Origin: a virus
Lineage: Duplodnaviria; Caudoviricetes
Length of the DNA stretch: 28,389 nt
Strand: one strand, 5' to 3'
IMG/VR virus record: IMGVR_UViG_3300032266_000539
Location: 1-28,389 of that record
The translations under genes were made by a program, and so were the position numbers. The notes beneath the pieces were generated by a model. The model did no database searches. It saw only the letters and a program-made list of their open reading frames with translations, and had not been told where the DNA came from. Position 1 is the stretch's first letter. The number at the start of each line of letters is the position of its first letter. This document shows positions 1 through 8,469 of this stretch, in pieces.

Positions 1-12
1 CTCTTCCGATCT
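1..12. other. Residual Illumina adapter (CTCTTCCGATCT), assembly artefact
   Basis: Bases 1-12 are the exact reverse complement of AGATCGGAAGAG, located at the very edge of the window. Confidence 0.85.
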
Positions 13-191
13 ACAGTACCATTAGGGACGATAAATTTAGTTGGATTTCCGTTTTCTGTTAAACGTATTTGAATTTCTACACCAAAATCTGGACTTTTTG
101 ATTTAAAAAACAAATCAAGGCTTGTTACATAAACACCAGCTACGCCGTTGTTTGGCTCATTAATATAAAATGTTTGTGCAATTGGCTTCAT
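13..191 (-). CDS. 5' part of a large virion structural protein: the separately encoded C-terminal half of a DUF4815/VrlC-like protein (runs off the window)
   Basis: Not in the ORF track. ATG at 191, preceded by AAGGT. Translates as MKPIAQTFYINEPNNGVAGVYVTSLDLFFKSKSPDFGVEIQIRLTENGNP, matching the 'DPLAQ(S/T)F...G.F.TS.DLFF..K....V..QIR...NG.P' segment normally internal to these proteins. Confidence 0.8.
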
Positions 192-220
192 TTTTTTACC
201 TTCTAATTTAAATTATCTAA

Positions 221-228
221 TATTTATT
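221..228 (-). promoter_or_regulatory. Putative T4-type late promoter (AATAAATA)
   Basis: NATAAATA in the 50-bp gap, about 30 nt upstream of the ATG at 191. The surrounding context is very A-rich. Confidence 0.5.
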
Positions 229-241
229 TTTTTTTATTTTA

Positions 242-3200
242 TCAACCGTCTCCACCGCCACCACCGTCTCCACCACCACCGCCGTCTCCGCCACCACCGC
301 CGTCTCCACCGCCACCACCATCGCCGCCACCACCATCGCCGCCACCGTCGCCACCACCGTCGCCAGCATCGCCATCGCCACCACCGTCGCCAGCATCGCC
401 AGCATCACCGCAATCGTCACCACCATCAGCATCATCATCACCATCATCATCATCTTGATCATCGCAAAATCCTGGTGAAGAAGGATCAGCATCGCAACCA
501 CAATCACCATCATCATCACCATCATCTCCATAATCATTATAACCACCATCACCACCACCATCAACAACAGGGGGATCAACAACAACTATAGGAGCGTCTC
601 CATCGCCATCGTACACACCATCGTACACAACTCGGGGGGGAGGATCTGGAATGTAGGGAGGTTTTTCCGGCTCGGGTGGATGTACTGGATTCCAATCATC
701 ATTTTTTCTGCCAATTGGCGTAGGGTCTGGGCCAGGTACAACTGAAATACCACTTTGATCGCCAGTTGTACTCGATGTTATATTTTGATTTTCTATAACT
801 TGCTGAACATCTAAAATAGGAACACGAGTATTTAAATATGAACTAGCTTTTGCGATAGAAAGAGTAGTACCGTGAAAAGTTCCTGTCGCTTGCGTCGTAA
901 TTGCATTAGTACCAGTAGTTAAATTATCAACATCGCAAAGCATAAAAATCAATTCATTTGATTGAAAAGTATTAGGCGGAATCGTAAATGATCCGTAAAT
1001 AGATCCGTCGCTATTTACAATTAATGGATCCCCAAAATTATTGTTACCTCTATTAAAATCTTTATCTAAAGGATAACACCAATCACTAACGCTTATATTA
1101 TTAAAATAAGCGTATACTCTAGCGTTTGGTTTTAAACTGAAAGAACTAAATACAATTTTTGTACTTCCGATATACGGTTGAATACTTACATCTTGAACGA
1201 AAGTTCCAAGATTTAATTGCTGTTCATTAGTTCCAGATATATTAAGCTGCGTTCCTGTTCTTTGCTGATTTGAAGAAGTAGTTGTAGTAGTTCTTGTATT
1301 GTATGTGTTATAAATGTTACCATGTTTATCTGTTGTACTACCAGTTTGTGAAGTGTTTTGAGCCGAAGCTGTTGAAGAAGAAACAGTTTGCCAGTTACCC
1401 CACTGTTTGCCCCAACCATTTTTTAAATTAATAAAATTTTGAGATAAATCAAAATTATTAATAACATCCGGATTTCTTGTTAAATCCGGAGCCGTTTGGT
1501 AATTTGGAGTAAGTTTTATATTACCTTTCCAAACAAATATATTACCATCAATACAATTTCTATATTTACTGGCAGAACCTTGTGATATGTAAAGAGAATG
1601 ATCGTAATCTAATAGTACAAGAGCGCCTTTTTTTACAACATTAGTACTTAATTCTAGATCGAATTCAAATTTTTCTTGACGTTGAATGAACGCAGGTCTT
1701 AATTCTCCATTAGCGATACTTGCTTTAAAATTTGGGTCTAAAGTATCAGCAATATCATGCCCAGCAAATGCATCTACTAAAATGCCATTTTTAAAACGAT
1801 TTAATCCTGTTGTAGTATTTTTAACAAGAAGAGCATTAGTATTTTGTTCTAAAAGATTAAGTGAAGTATAATATTCTAAATTATTAATTCTTGTTGCTAA
1901 TTTTCCGATATCCGCCATAGTATAACGTCTATTTTGAGTAATAGATATTGTATAAGCATAATCGTATCTTTTATTTCTTCTAGCTCGTTTAGTAGAAAGT
2001 GAAGGATATGCAGGAACATTGATAACACCAAGATTCATAGTTCCTGTTTGATTTGGAGGTGTAGTTGGTGAATTACTAGAAATACCTTCTATAATTTTTA
2101 AACGACCATTTGTAGTAATTACAGCAATATCTTTTCTTGGTAGATAGTGAGATATATCAGACTGCCAATTCGAATCAGAAACTGGTATATAGGAACCAGA
2201 AGGTAAATTACTTATTGTAGATGTATTTGATGGATTAATAGTTGCAGAAGAATAAATTTGAGTTACTGCAGCTGTATTCGCAACGAATGGACGAAAATCT
2301 ACGCAATCGCGTAAATCATATACCGTCGAAGAAGTTTTTAAAACTGGTATTTCTTCTGTATAGATACTAGTTAATCTTTGAGTAGCATCAGCGGTATCAT
2401 TAACTGGATATGAATTCGCAGTAAAATAACTAACACCTTGAGACCTATCATATGTATATACATCAAGATCGACAAGGATAGTACTAGTGGTATTTACTAT
2501 AGTGTAATTTGTATTAATTAATCTTAAAGTTGCTAGATCGTATAAATTTTCATTTTCGCCATTATAAAAATTAAAATATAAAGATGAATCAGCTACGGAA
2601 TTAGAATAATTATGATCATAGCCGATATATACATTGTTTATTCTAGCAACATTCGGCAAACCTAATGACCAAGGACCTGTATTACCGGCTACGTTATTAG
2701 AACAATCTATTTTAACGAATGCATTTCTAACGATATTTTTCTTAATAGAAACAGAATTTGATCTAAGAATGTCATGATAAATTGACGTTTGAAGTGTACT
2801 ATTAAGAGTTTCGCCTAAAGTAAAAGTTGCAACATCTCCCGAAACTGATACAGATCTATTCAATTGCGTATAATCAATAGGAACTCCTTCGATAAACGTT
2901 TTTGAATGTGTATTAGCGGATGGAGAAGTAACGAAATTATCTTTTACTGTTAAATAAGTGCTGTTTGCTATATAAGTTATAGAATTAATTTCACTATTAA
3001 TTTTAATAAAATCACCAATTTTATAATCATTAATAAATGTTGTTGAAGTACCAGTAACAATTTTCGTACCTGAAGACGCTGAAACGGTACCTGTTTTATT
3101 CGTTGAACTTACAGTAGCAGTAGGTATTACAAGAAAAGAACTAATTTGTTGATTATCAAGAAATCCAGAAACATTATAATTTTCATTTCCAGTTCCCGTA

Positions 3201-4840
3201 ACTGCAGGTAAAGATACAGAAACAATACCTGTACAAGCTATAGCTGCAGTAGCTTTATTTTTATAAACAAATTGTGTATTTTTAAACCCGTCAGAAGTTA
3301 ACGCTTTTTGACCAAGCGGAAAAATCATAGTATCTAATATAGGATATTGAATAGAAGCGATAGAAGCTTCAAAAGACGCATTATATTGTAATACTACGTC
3401 AGCGACAGCAAGCACTGAAGAATTATAATTTATAATACTTTTTACGTTAGAAAAATTCTGCCCAGGATTCATTGCAATATTAAACAAATAAAGGCGGTAA
3501 GTTGCTTTATTTGTACCTATCTGCCCAGAATCATATGCTAAATTTTTTACGTAAGCAGTACCAATTTTCGTAGTGCTACTATACCCTGTTGAAAGAAATG
3601 TACTACTGCTAATAGAAGTTTTAGCTATATTATGTAATTCTACTTTTATAATATTTTCTGTATCAAAATCGCCTGTGTATTCATCAATATAAACATAATT
3701 ACCGTAATTAGTGCTTACGATTTGACTTGGTATATTTTCTACATCAGTGCCTTTTCTGAGCGCAATTTTATTGTTATTAACAAATTCAACTCTATTTCCT
3801 TCTACGTAACCAATACCACTTGTAGAAACAAGATTTATATAATCATGATATAAAGGATCGGCGATAGCTTTAGTTTCTGTTGAAAGTATAAACGGCGAAA
3901 CAATATAATTACCATTTGTTTCAAAAGTTCTTTGCGCAAGTTGTTTTCCTAAAGCAGCATACTCAGCAGTATTTCTTATAGTTACAGGAACTCCATCTTT
4001 AAAATCTACAAGAGAGAAAAATGAAGTGTTACTTGGAAGTTGATTAGTTGTAGTAGTAAATAATGTAGGCAATAACTGAAGGCGGTGAGCGCCCGGAGCT
4101 GCATAGTTAGGAGAACCAGCTGCATTATCTAATAATGAAGTGTCGGCTTCTGGAGTTATTATATTTTCGATAGAATTAAACCCGATAGAAATATCTGTTG
4201 GGGTATTACTATATTTTGAAACAATTAATGTTTGCGGCTGTACAGTAACAAAAAACCCTTTTTGAAAAATAGTGCCTTTAGTTGTCGTGAAAGCATAACC
4301 CCTGCCGGAAGAATCTGTAACATTCGCTATAGAAATATTTCCGATTACAGCTGATGTGTTAGAGCTTTGTTGATTACTAGAAACAGTTATAGATTCATTG
4401 CTTATAAAAACATTTTGCGGCGAACCATTTCCGAAAGTTCCAACATTAAGATATTTAATATAAAGAGTATTAAGATCTGGATCTTGAGCTATATAACCAC
4501 TAACGGTATTAACAATAATAGCTGTTAACCCATTCGTATTATAAACATATTTGTCCTGAAAATCTGTAATAGTAAATGCATATCCATTTGAATATGTATC
4601 GCCTATTTTTACATATTCGTATGCATTATCGAACGTAAAAGAACAACCCTCAACTACAGAACCTTCTTTAAAAATATGACGACCAAATTTATCAATTTGA
4701 TCTTGCAAAATAGTTTGCATTTGATTGAGTTCACGAGTTTGTACAGCAGTACCTGGTCTATACAGCACTCTGTAGAAATTTTTATCGACGTTAAAATCAT
4801 CATAATAAGGACTACGAGATAGGTCTGTTGATAATGGCAT
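242..4840 (-). CDS. Large virion structural/baseplate-associated protein, DUF4815 (VrlC-like) family, N-terminal half
   Basis: N-terminus SPYYDDF...FYRVLYRPG.AVQTRELNQMQTILQDQI..FG.HIFKEGS; internal YTMADIGKL..RI.NLEYYTSL.LLE and NRFKNGILVD.F motifs. Located downstream of gp8. Confidence 0.85.
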   Translation of the reverse strand: MPLSTDLSRSPYYDDFNVDKNFYRVLYRPGTAVQTRELNQMQTILQDQIDKFGRHIFKEGSVVEGCSFTFDNAYEYVKIGDTYSNGYAFTITDFQDKYVYNTNGLTAIIVNTVSGYIAQDPDLNTLYIKYLNVGTFGNGSPQNVFISNESITVSSNQQSSNTSAVIGNISIANVTDSSGRGYAFTTTKGTIFQKGFFVTVQPQTLIVSKYSNTPTDISIGFNSIENIITPEADTSLLDNAAGSPNYAAPGAHRLQLLPTLFTTTTNQLPSNTSFFSLVDFKDGVPVTIRNTAEYAALGKQLAQRTFETNGNYIVSPFILSTETKAIADPLYHDYINLVSTSGIGYVEGNRVEFVNNNKIALRKGTDVENIPSQIVSTNYGNYVYIDEYTGDFDTENIIKVELHNIAKTSISSSTFLSTGYSSTTKIGTAYVKNLAYDSGQIGTNKATYRLYLFNIAMNPGQNFSNVKSIINYNSSVLAVADVVLQYNASFEASIASIQYPILDTMIFPLGQKALTSDGFKNTQFVYKNKATAAIACTGIVSVSLPAVTGTGNENYNVSGFLDNQQISSFLVIPTATVSSTNKTGTVSASSGTKIVTGTSTTFINDYKIGDFIKINSEINSITYIANSTYLTVKDNFVTSPSANTHSKTFIEGVPIDYTQLNRSVSVSGDVATFTLGETLNSTLQTSIYHDILRSNSVSIKKNIVRNAFVKIDCSNNVAGNTGPWSLGLPNVARINNVYIGYDHNYSNSVADSSLYFNFYNGENENLYDLATLRLINTNYTIVNTTSTILVDLDVYTYDRSQGVSYFTANSYPVNDTADATQRLTSIYTEEIPVLKTSSTVYDLRDCVDFRPFVANTAAVTQIYSSATINPSNTSTISNLPSGSYIPVSDSNWQSDISHYLPRKDIAVITTNGRLKIIEGISSNSPTTPPNQTGTMNLGVINVPAYPSLSTKRARRNKRYDYAYTISITQNRRYTMADIGKLATRINNLEYYTSLNLLEQNTNALLVKNTTTGLNRFKNGILVDAFAGHDIADTLDPNFKASIANGELRPAFIQRQEKFEFDLELSTNVVKKGALVLLDYDHSLYISQGSASKYRNCIDGNIFVWKGNIKLTPNYQTAPDLTRNPDVINNFDLSQNFINLKNGWGKQWGNWQTVSSSTASAQNTSQTGSTTDKHGNIYNTYNTRTTTTTSSNQQRTGTQLNISGTNEQQLNLGTFVQDVSIQPYIGSTKIVFSSFSLKPNARVYAYFNNISVSDWCYPLDKDFNRGNNNFGDPLIVNSDGSIYGSFTIPPNTFQSNELIFMLCDVDNLTTGTNAITTQATGTFHGTTLSIAKASSYLNTRVPILDVQQVIENQNITSSTTGDQSGISVVPGPDPTPIGRKNDDWNPVHPPEPEKPPYIPDPPPRVVYDGVYDGDGDAPIVVVDPPVVDGGGDGGYNDYGDDGDDDGDCGCDADPSSPGFCDDQDDDDGDDDADGGDDCGDAGDAGDGGGDGDAGDGGGDGGGDGGGGDGGGGGDGGGGGDGGGGGDGGGGGDG
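245..570 (-). repeat. GC-rich low-complexity tract encoding a Gly/Asp tail (GGGGGD units with an ~18-bp period at the C-terminal end)
   Basis: Repeated ccaccgccaccaccgtct-like units; protein reads DDGDDDGD...(GDGGGG)n. Confidence 0.9.
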
Positions 4841-4848
4841 ATTTTCCT

Positions 4849-7800
4849 CTAAAACTTAATAACCAAATTAATTTTTTCTTTAGATGTAACTGTTTTAGTT
4901 ACTGGTGGTACGTTTTCTAGATAAATTACAGAACCAGTGTTTCTTACTAATTCTGGATAAATTATAGTCGAATCTTTTTGATTTTTGCCGACTGCTCCGC
5001 TTTGATTACCTACAATAACATAAGTTCCCGTTTGAAATTTATTACCCTTTACGTTATTTAAAATAATAGCAGGGTATACATAACTAATATCTGCACCTAT
5101 ATTAACATTATTTATAATTCTATGAGAAGCCGAAAAGGTTCCGGTTTTAGAAGTTAATCTAAGATATGTGGTGTTAGCGTACGTTATGACAGCAGTAGCG
5201 CCAGAAGTCCCATCGGTCACTTCATTACCTACAGCGAACGTACCGTTTGCGTTTGTATATTGAATATCGATATCGCTAGTAGAATTAATTACGTAACCGC
5301 TCGCATTTGTTATTTCTTGATTAACTGTTTCGCCAATTTTATAGTTTCCATTATTAGAAGTTAAAGTCACGCGAGCAACTTGAGAGAATTTTAAACCAAA
5401 ATTAGACGACGAATCGACGGTATTATTTACTGTGTAGATAGCGGTAACATTTGCATAAGCATTAATTGATGCATCATATACTATATCGTTTACATCAAAT
5501 TTTCCAGAAACGTTAGTTAATTTTAACACAGAATTGTTTGCCTGAATTACCTGAGCAGAAACGTTGCTTGTAATTTCAGAAACAATTTCTACGCCATTAA
5601 CGACAAAAACGACGCTATTTGCTACGGTAACATTAGCTGTTGTAGCAGATGTTAGACCTCTAATATTATCACCACCTATGTTCTGTACAAAATTTCCTTG
5701 TATAGATTTCAACTGCATCGCTGTGCTATTCGCAGTTACGATTACACCAGCCGCCGAAGAGTTTGCTTGAACAATATATTCACCAACAACAAACCCAGAA
5801 CCAGATCTATTATTAAAAGTTAAGTTAATTCTATCAAAATTTGAAATATGAGCAGATGCGTCTTCAAATAAAGGATTTTCTATAATACCAATTCTACGAT
5901 AGCTGCCATATACAGGGAACTTATACCCTTCATTTTCGCCAGTGTCTATAGTCATAGATACACCAGCATATCTAGCACCTAGTTCTTTATATGCATTTGA
6001 ACCATGCCCAGAAAGCGGAGAAATAATTGGACTAGCACTAGCGCTATCTCCAAATAAAGTGTTTGAAGTTATAGAAATATTAGCGTAAGTGTAATTATTA
6101 CCTGGATTTAATACAACAACAGAACTAATTTCATTAGCCGAAGCGAATGTAGTATTTACAACAGAATATGCGATAGCGCCATTTCCATCACCGTCAATAT
6201 TTACTGTTGGCGAAATTACATATTCTGTTAATTCATTTGGAATACGAAACGATGAAACCAATGTCGCATTACCAACAACATTTAATTCTGGTAAAGTTTT
6301 GATATAAATTTGTTGACCAGAAAGAAAAGCACCTTGCGGCGAAGATATTGTTATATTTGGAAAAGATGATATTGACCTTATATTTGATTTCTGAAGGCTA
6401 GAAACGCCACGAATAAAATTATTTGGACCATTTCCAAAAGAACCTTGTACAGAACTTAAAATAACAGCTGTTGTATTACAGTAAGAAATAATACCGTTAG
6501 CGCCCTGAATGATATTATTATCTCCGACCATATCAACACGTTCGCCAATAGTAAACAACAAACTGTTTATCGCAGAATTATCATATGTTAAAGTAACGCT
6601 AGTAAGATTTGTATTTGAAATGATACCATTAGCTTGTGTTGTTATAACAGAGGTTGGTAAACCTGCATTTGGTATAGAATATATAGAATCTGCAATTGAG
6701 TTTGTCGTTAACGGATAATTAACTGTTATAACCGAACTGTTAACAGTTTCAATTTTACGAATATTTTTATTTACATTCGAACCAACTCTGATATAATCAC
6801 CGACAGCAAATTCACTAACGAAAGCCGTACTACTATTCGCTGATATTATATAAGTGTTTATTGAAGGAGTTACAGTTGCAGTTTGACCTGTAAATGAATG
6901 CCCTGATTCCGTTTTACCTTTAACTATGGATATAGCAGAACCACCAGCAGAACTTGAAACTTTAAATCCTGTACTTGTAGAATTAATAACGTAATAATAA
7001 CTACTATTGGCAAGATTAGTTATAGCCGTATTACCAGCAGCTACTAGATATTGTACTCTATCGTTGTCAGCGAATAATGCTCCATTAGCGCCTAAAGTAA
7101 TGAAACGTGTAGTATTATTAATAGAACTATTAGCATCAAAATATATTGGATTTGGTGGATCTATTGTAATTGTTGGGTTTAACGAATAAGCATTACCATT
7201 ATTAGTAATATTAAATAAATCGATTCTACCAGAAGAATTCGCATGAGCGTTCGCGCTCGCGCCCGAGCCAGTCGTATCGCCGACAGAATTAGCAATAGTA
7301 ACTACCGAGTTTGAATTATAACCAGACCCAGCGAAAGTTATAGTAACATTGCTTAGTTTGTTAGTTGTAATATCTACATAACCGCTTTTCAATACACCGC
7401 TCTGAGCAGTATTGTAAAATGGTAAATCTGAAACGAAATCGTTTGCGCTAGATTTAACAGTTTTTAATTGAGTTACGTTAGCGGCTATAACGTTCGCTGT
7501 AGCGACAGTATCAGATTGAACTATCTGATCGCCAATATTAAAATACCCCTTTTGATAAAGGAATGATATATAATCGATTCTTTGAGAAGCTAAAAGACCA
7601 GTATTAAATGTTCCGGTGTAATCACTAACATTTAATACAGTCGCAACATCAAATGGTTGAGATACTGTAACGAGTCTATTAAGACCACTATACTCGATAA
7701 TTTTTCTTATTTGTCCACTGCCATAACCCGTCTTTAAGTAGATAGAAGAATCAATATATCTTCCGTTTAATGGCGAAGCAGTATTAGATATCTGTAATAC

Positions 7801-8442
7801 GTAATTATTTTGAAAGCTTTGAAGGAACCCTGAATGATAAGCTTGATAATTGTTACCACCATTAGTTACTTTAATGTAATCAATTGACCCCATAACAGCA
7901 TTATTTGATACATCATTATTTGGAGTAACTGGTATATAAGAAGTAGAAGTAAATTTTGTATTAGCATTAGACTCAAGAGTAAACATATACTTCCAAACAT
8001 AACCGTCGGAAGTAGAAAATACACCAGTGGTTGACGTTAATGATGGTTTTACTGTTGAATGTGCGCCGCTATTATTATCAATGCATTTATATACTTCGTA
8101 TCCATCCGTAATTACATAAAATTCTTTATCGTAAAGATCAGCATCATACTGACTGTATGAACTGTAAATGGTCCCAGAAACCCAGTTATATCTAGGAATC
8201 ATATACGTTATATCGTTAGCGGTAATTAATTTTCCAAATACTAAGTCTTTATAAACAGATTGTTCGTAAGAATAGATAGAAGAATTAGCCGCAGGAACAG
8301 CTGTATCATCTTCTAATCCGTTAGAATTTGTCCAAGAATCAGTTTTACCATAAAAAAGGTAATATGAATTTTTAGAATTCTCTACGTTGTTAACGAAAGA
8401 ATCAATTGTATCTATATACTGATTTATTGTTAAAATTGCCAT
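4849..8442 (-). CDS. gp8: Baseplate wedge subunit gp8-like, greatly extended (1197 aa)
   Basis: IPRYNW.SGTIY, FYVIT...VYKCIDN, STVKP, DGYVWKYMFT and GHGSNAYKELGA motifs; C-terminal SVIYLENVPPV...EKINLVIKF. Follows gp6-gp7. Confidence 0.85.
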   Translation of the reverse strand: MAILTINQYIDTIDSFVNNVENSKNSYYLFYGKTDSWTNSNGLEDDTAVPAANSSIYSYEQSVYKDLVFGKLITANDITYMIPRYNWVSGTIYSSYSQYDADLYDKEFYVITDGYEVYKCIDNNSGAHSTVKPSLTSTTGVFSTSDGYVWKYMFTLESNANTKFTSTSYIPVTPNNDVSNNAVMGSIDYIKVTNGGNNYQAYHSGFLQSFQNNYVLQISNTASPLNGRYIDSSIYLKTGYGSGQIRKIIEYSGLNRLVTVSQPFDVATVLNVSDYTGTFNTGLLASQRIDYISFLYQKGYFNIGDQIVQSDTVATANVIAANVTQLKTVKSSANDFVSDLPFYNTAQSGVLKSGYVDITTNKLSNVTITFAGSGYNSNSVVTIANSVGDTTGSGASANAHANSSGRIDLFNITNNGNAYSLNPTITIDPPNPIYFDANSSINNTTRFITLGANGALFADNDRVQYLVAAGNTAITNLANSSYYYVINSTSTGFKVSSSAGGSAISIVKGKTESGHSFTGQTATVTPSINTYIISANSSTAFVSEFAVGDYIRVGSNVNKNIRKIETVNSSVITVNYPLTTNSIADSIYSIPNAGLPTSVITTQANGIISNTNLTSVTLTYDNSAINSLLFTIGERVDMVGDNNIIQGANGIISYCNTTAVILSSVQGSFGNGPNNFIRGVSSLQKSNIRSISSFPNITISSPQGAFLSGQQIYIKTLPELNVVGNATLVSSFRIPNELTEYVISPTVNIDGDGNGAIAYSVVNTTFASANEISSVVVLNPGNNYTYANISITSNTLFGDSASASPIISPLSGHGSNAYKELGARYAGVSMTIDTGENEGYKFPVYGSYRRIGIIENPLFEDASAHISNFDRINLTFNNRSGSGFVVGEYIVQANSSAAGVIVTANSTAMQLKSIQGNFVQNIGGDNIRGLTSATTANVTVANSVVFVVNGVEIVSEITSNVSAQVIQANNSVLKLTNVSGKFDVNDIVYDASINAYANVTAIYTVNNTVDSSSNFGLKFSQVARVTLTSNNGNYKIGETVNQEITNASGYVINSTSDIDIQYTNANGTFAVGNEVTDGTSGATAVITYANTTYLRLTSKTGTFSASHRIINNVNIGADISYVYPAIILNNVKGNKFQTGTYVIVGNQSGAVGKNQKDSTIIYPELVRNTGSVIYLENVPPVTKTVTSKEKINLVIKF

Positions 8443-8461
8443 TCTTAAACCCGATTTTACT

Positions 8462-8469
8462 TATTTATG
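8462..8469 (-). promoter_or_regulatory. Putative late promoter (CATAAATA) for gp8, overlapping the gp7 stop codon
   Basis: NATAAATA 20 nt upstream of the gp8 ATG. Confidence 0.5.

Noticed and set aside
245-570. Repeats as a CRISPR array or DGR element
   Set aside because: Codon-level low complexity with no spacers, and no cas or reverse transcriptase genes in the window.
217-585. 122-aa Met/Val-rich ORF
   Set aside because: Shifted-frame shadow of the GGT/GAT repeat; no RBS, and it does not connect to the downstream gene's frame.
634-640. C7 homopolymer on the coding strand as a frameshift or phase-variation site joining the two DUF4815 halves
   Set aside because: The +1 frame reaches TAG within about 15 codons, and the frame of the 191 gene is full of TGA stops in the Gly/Asp repeat.
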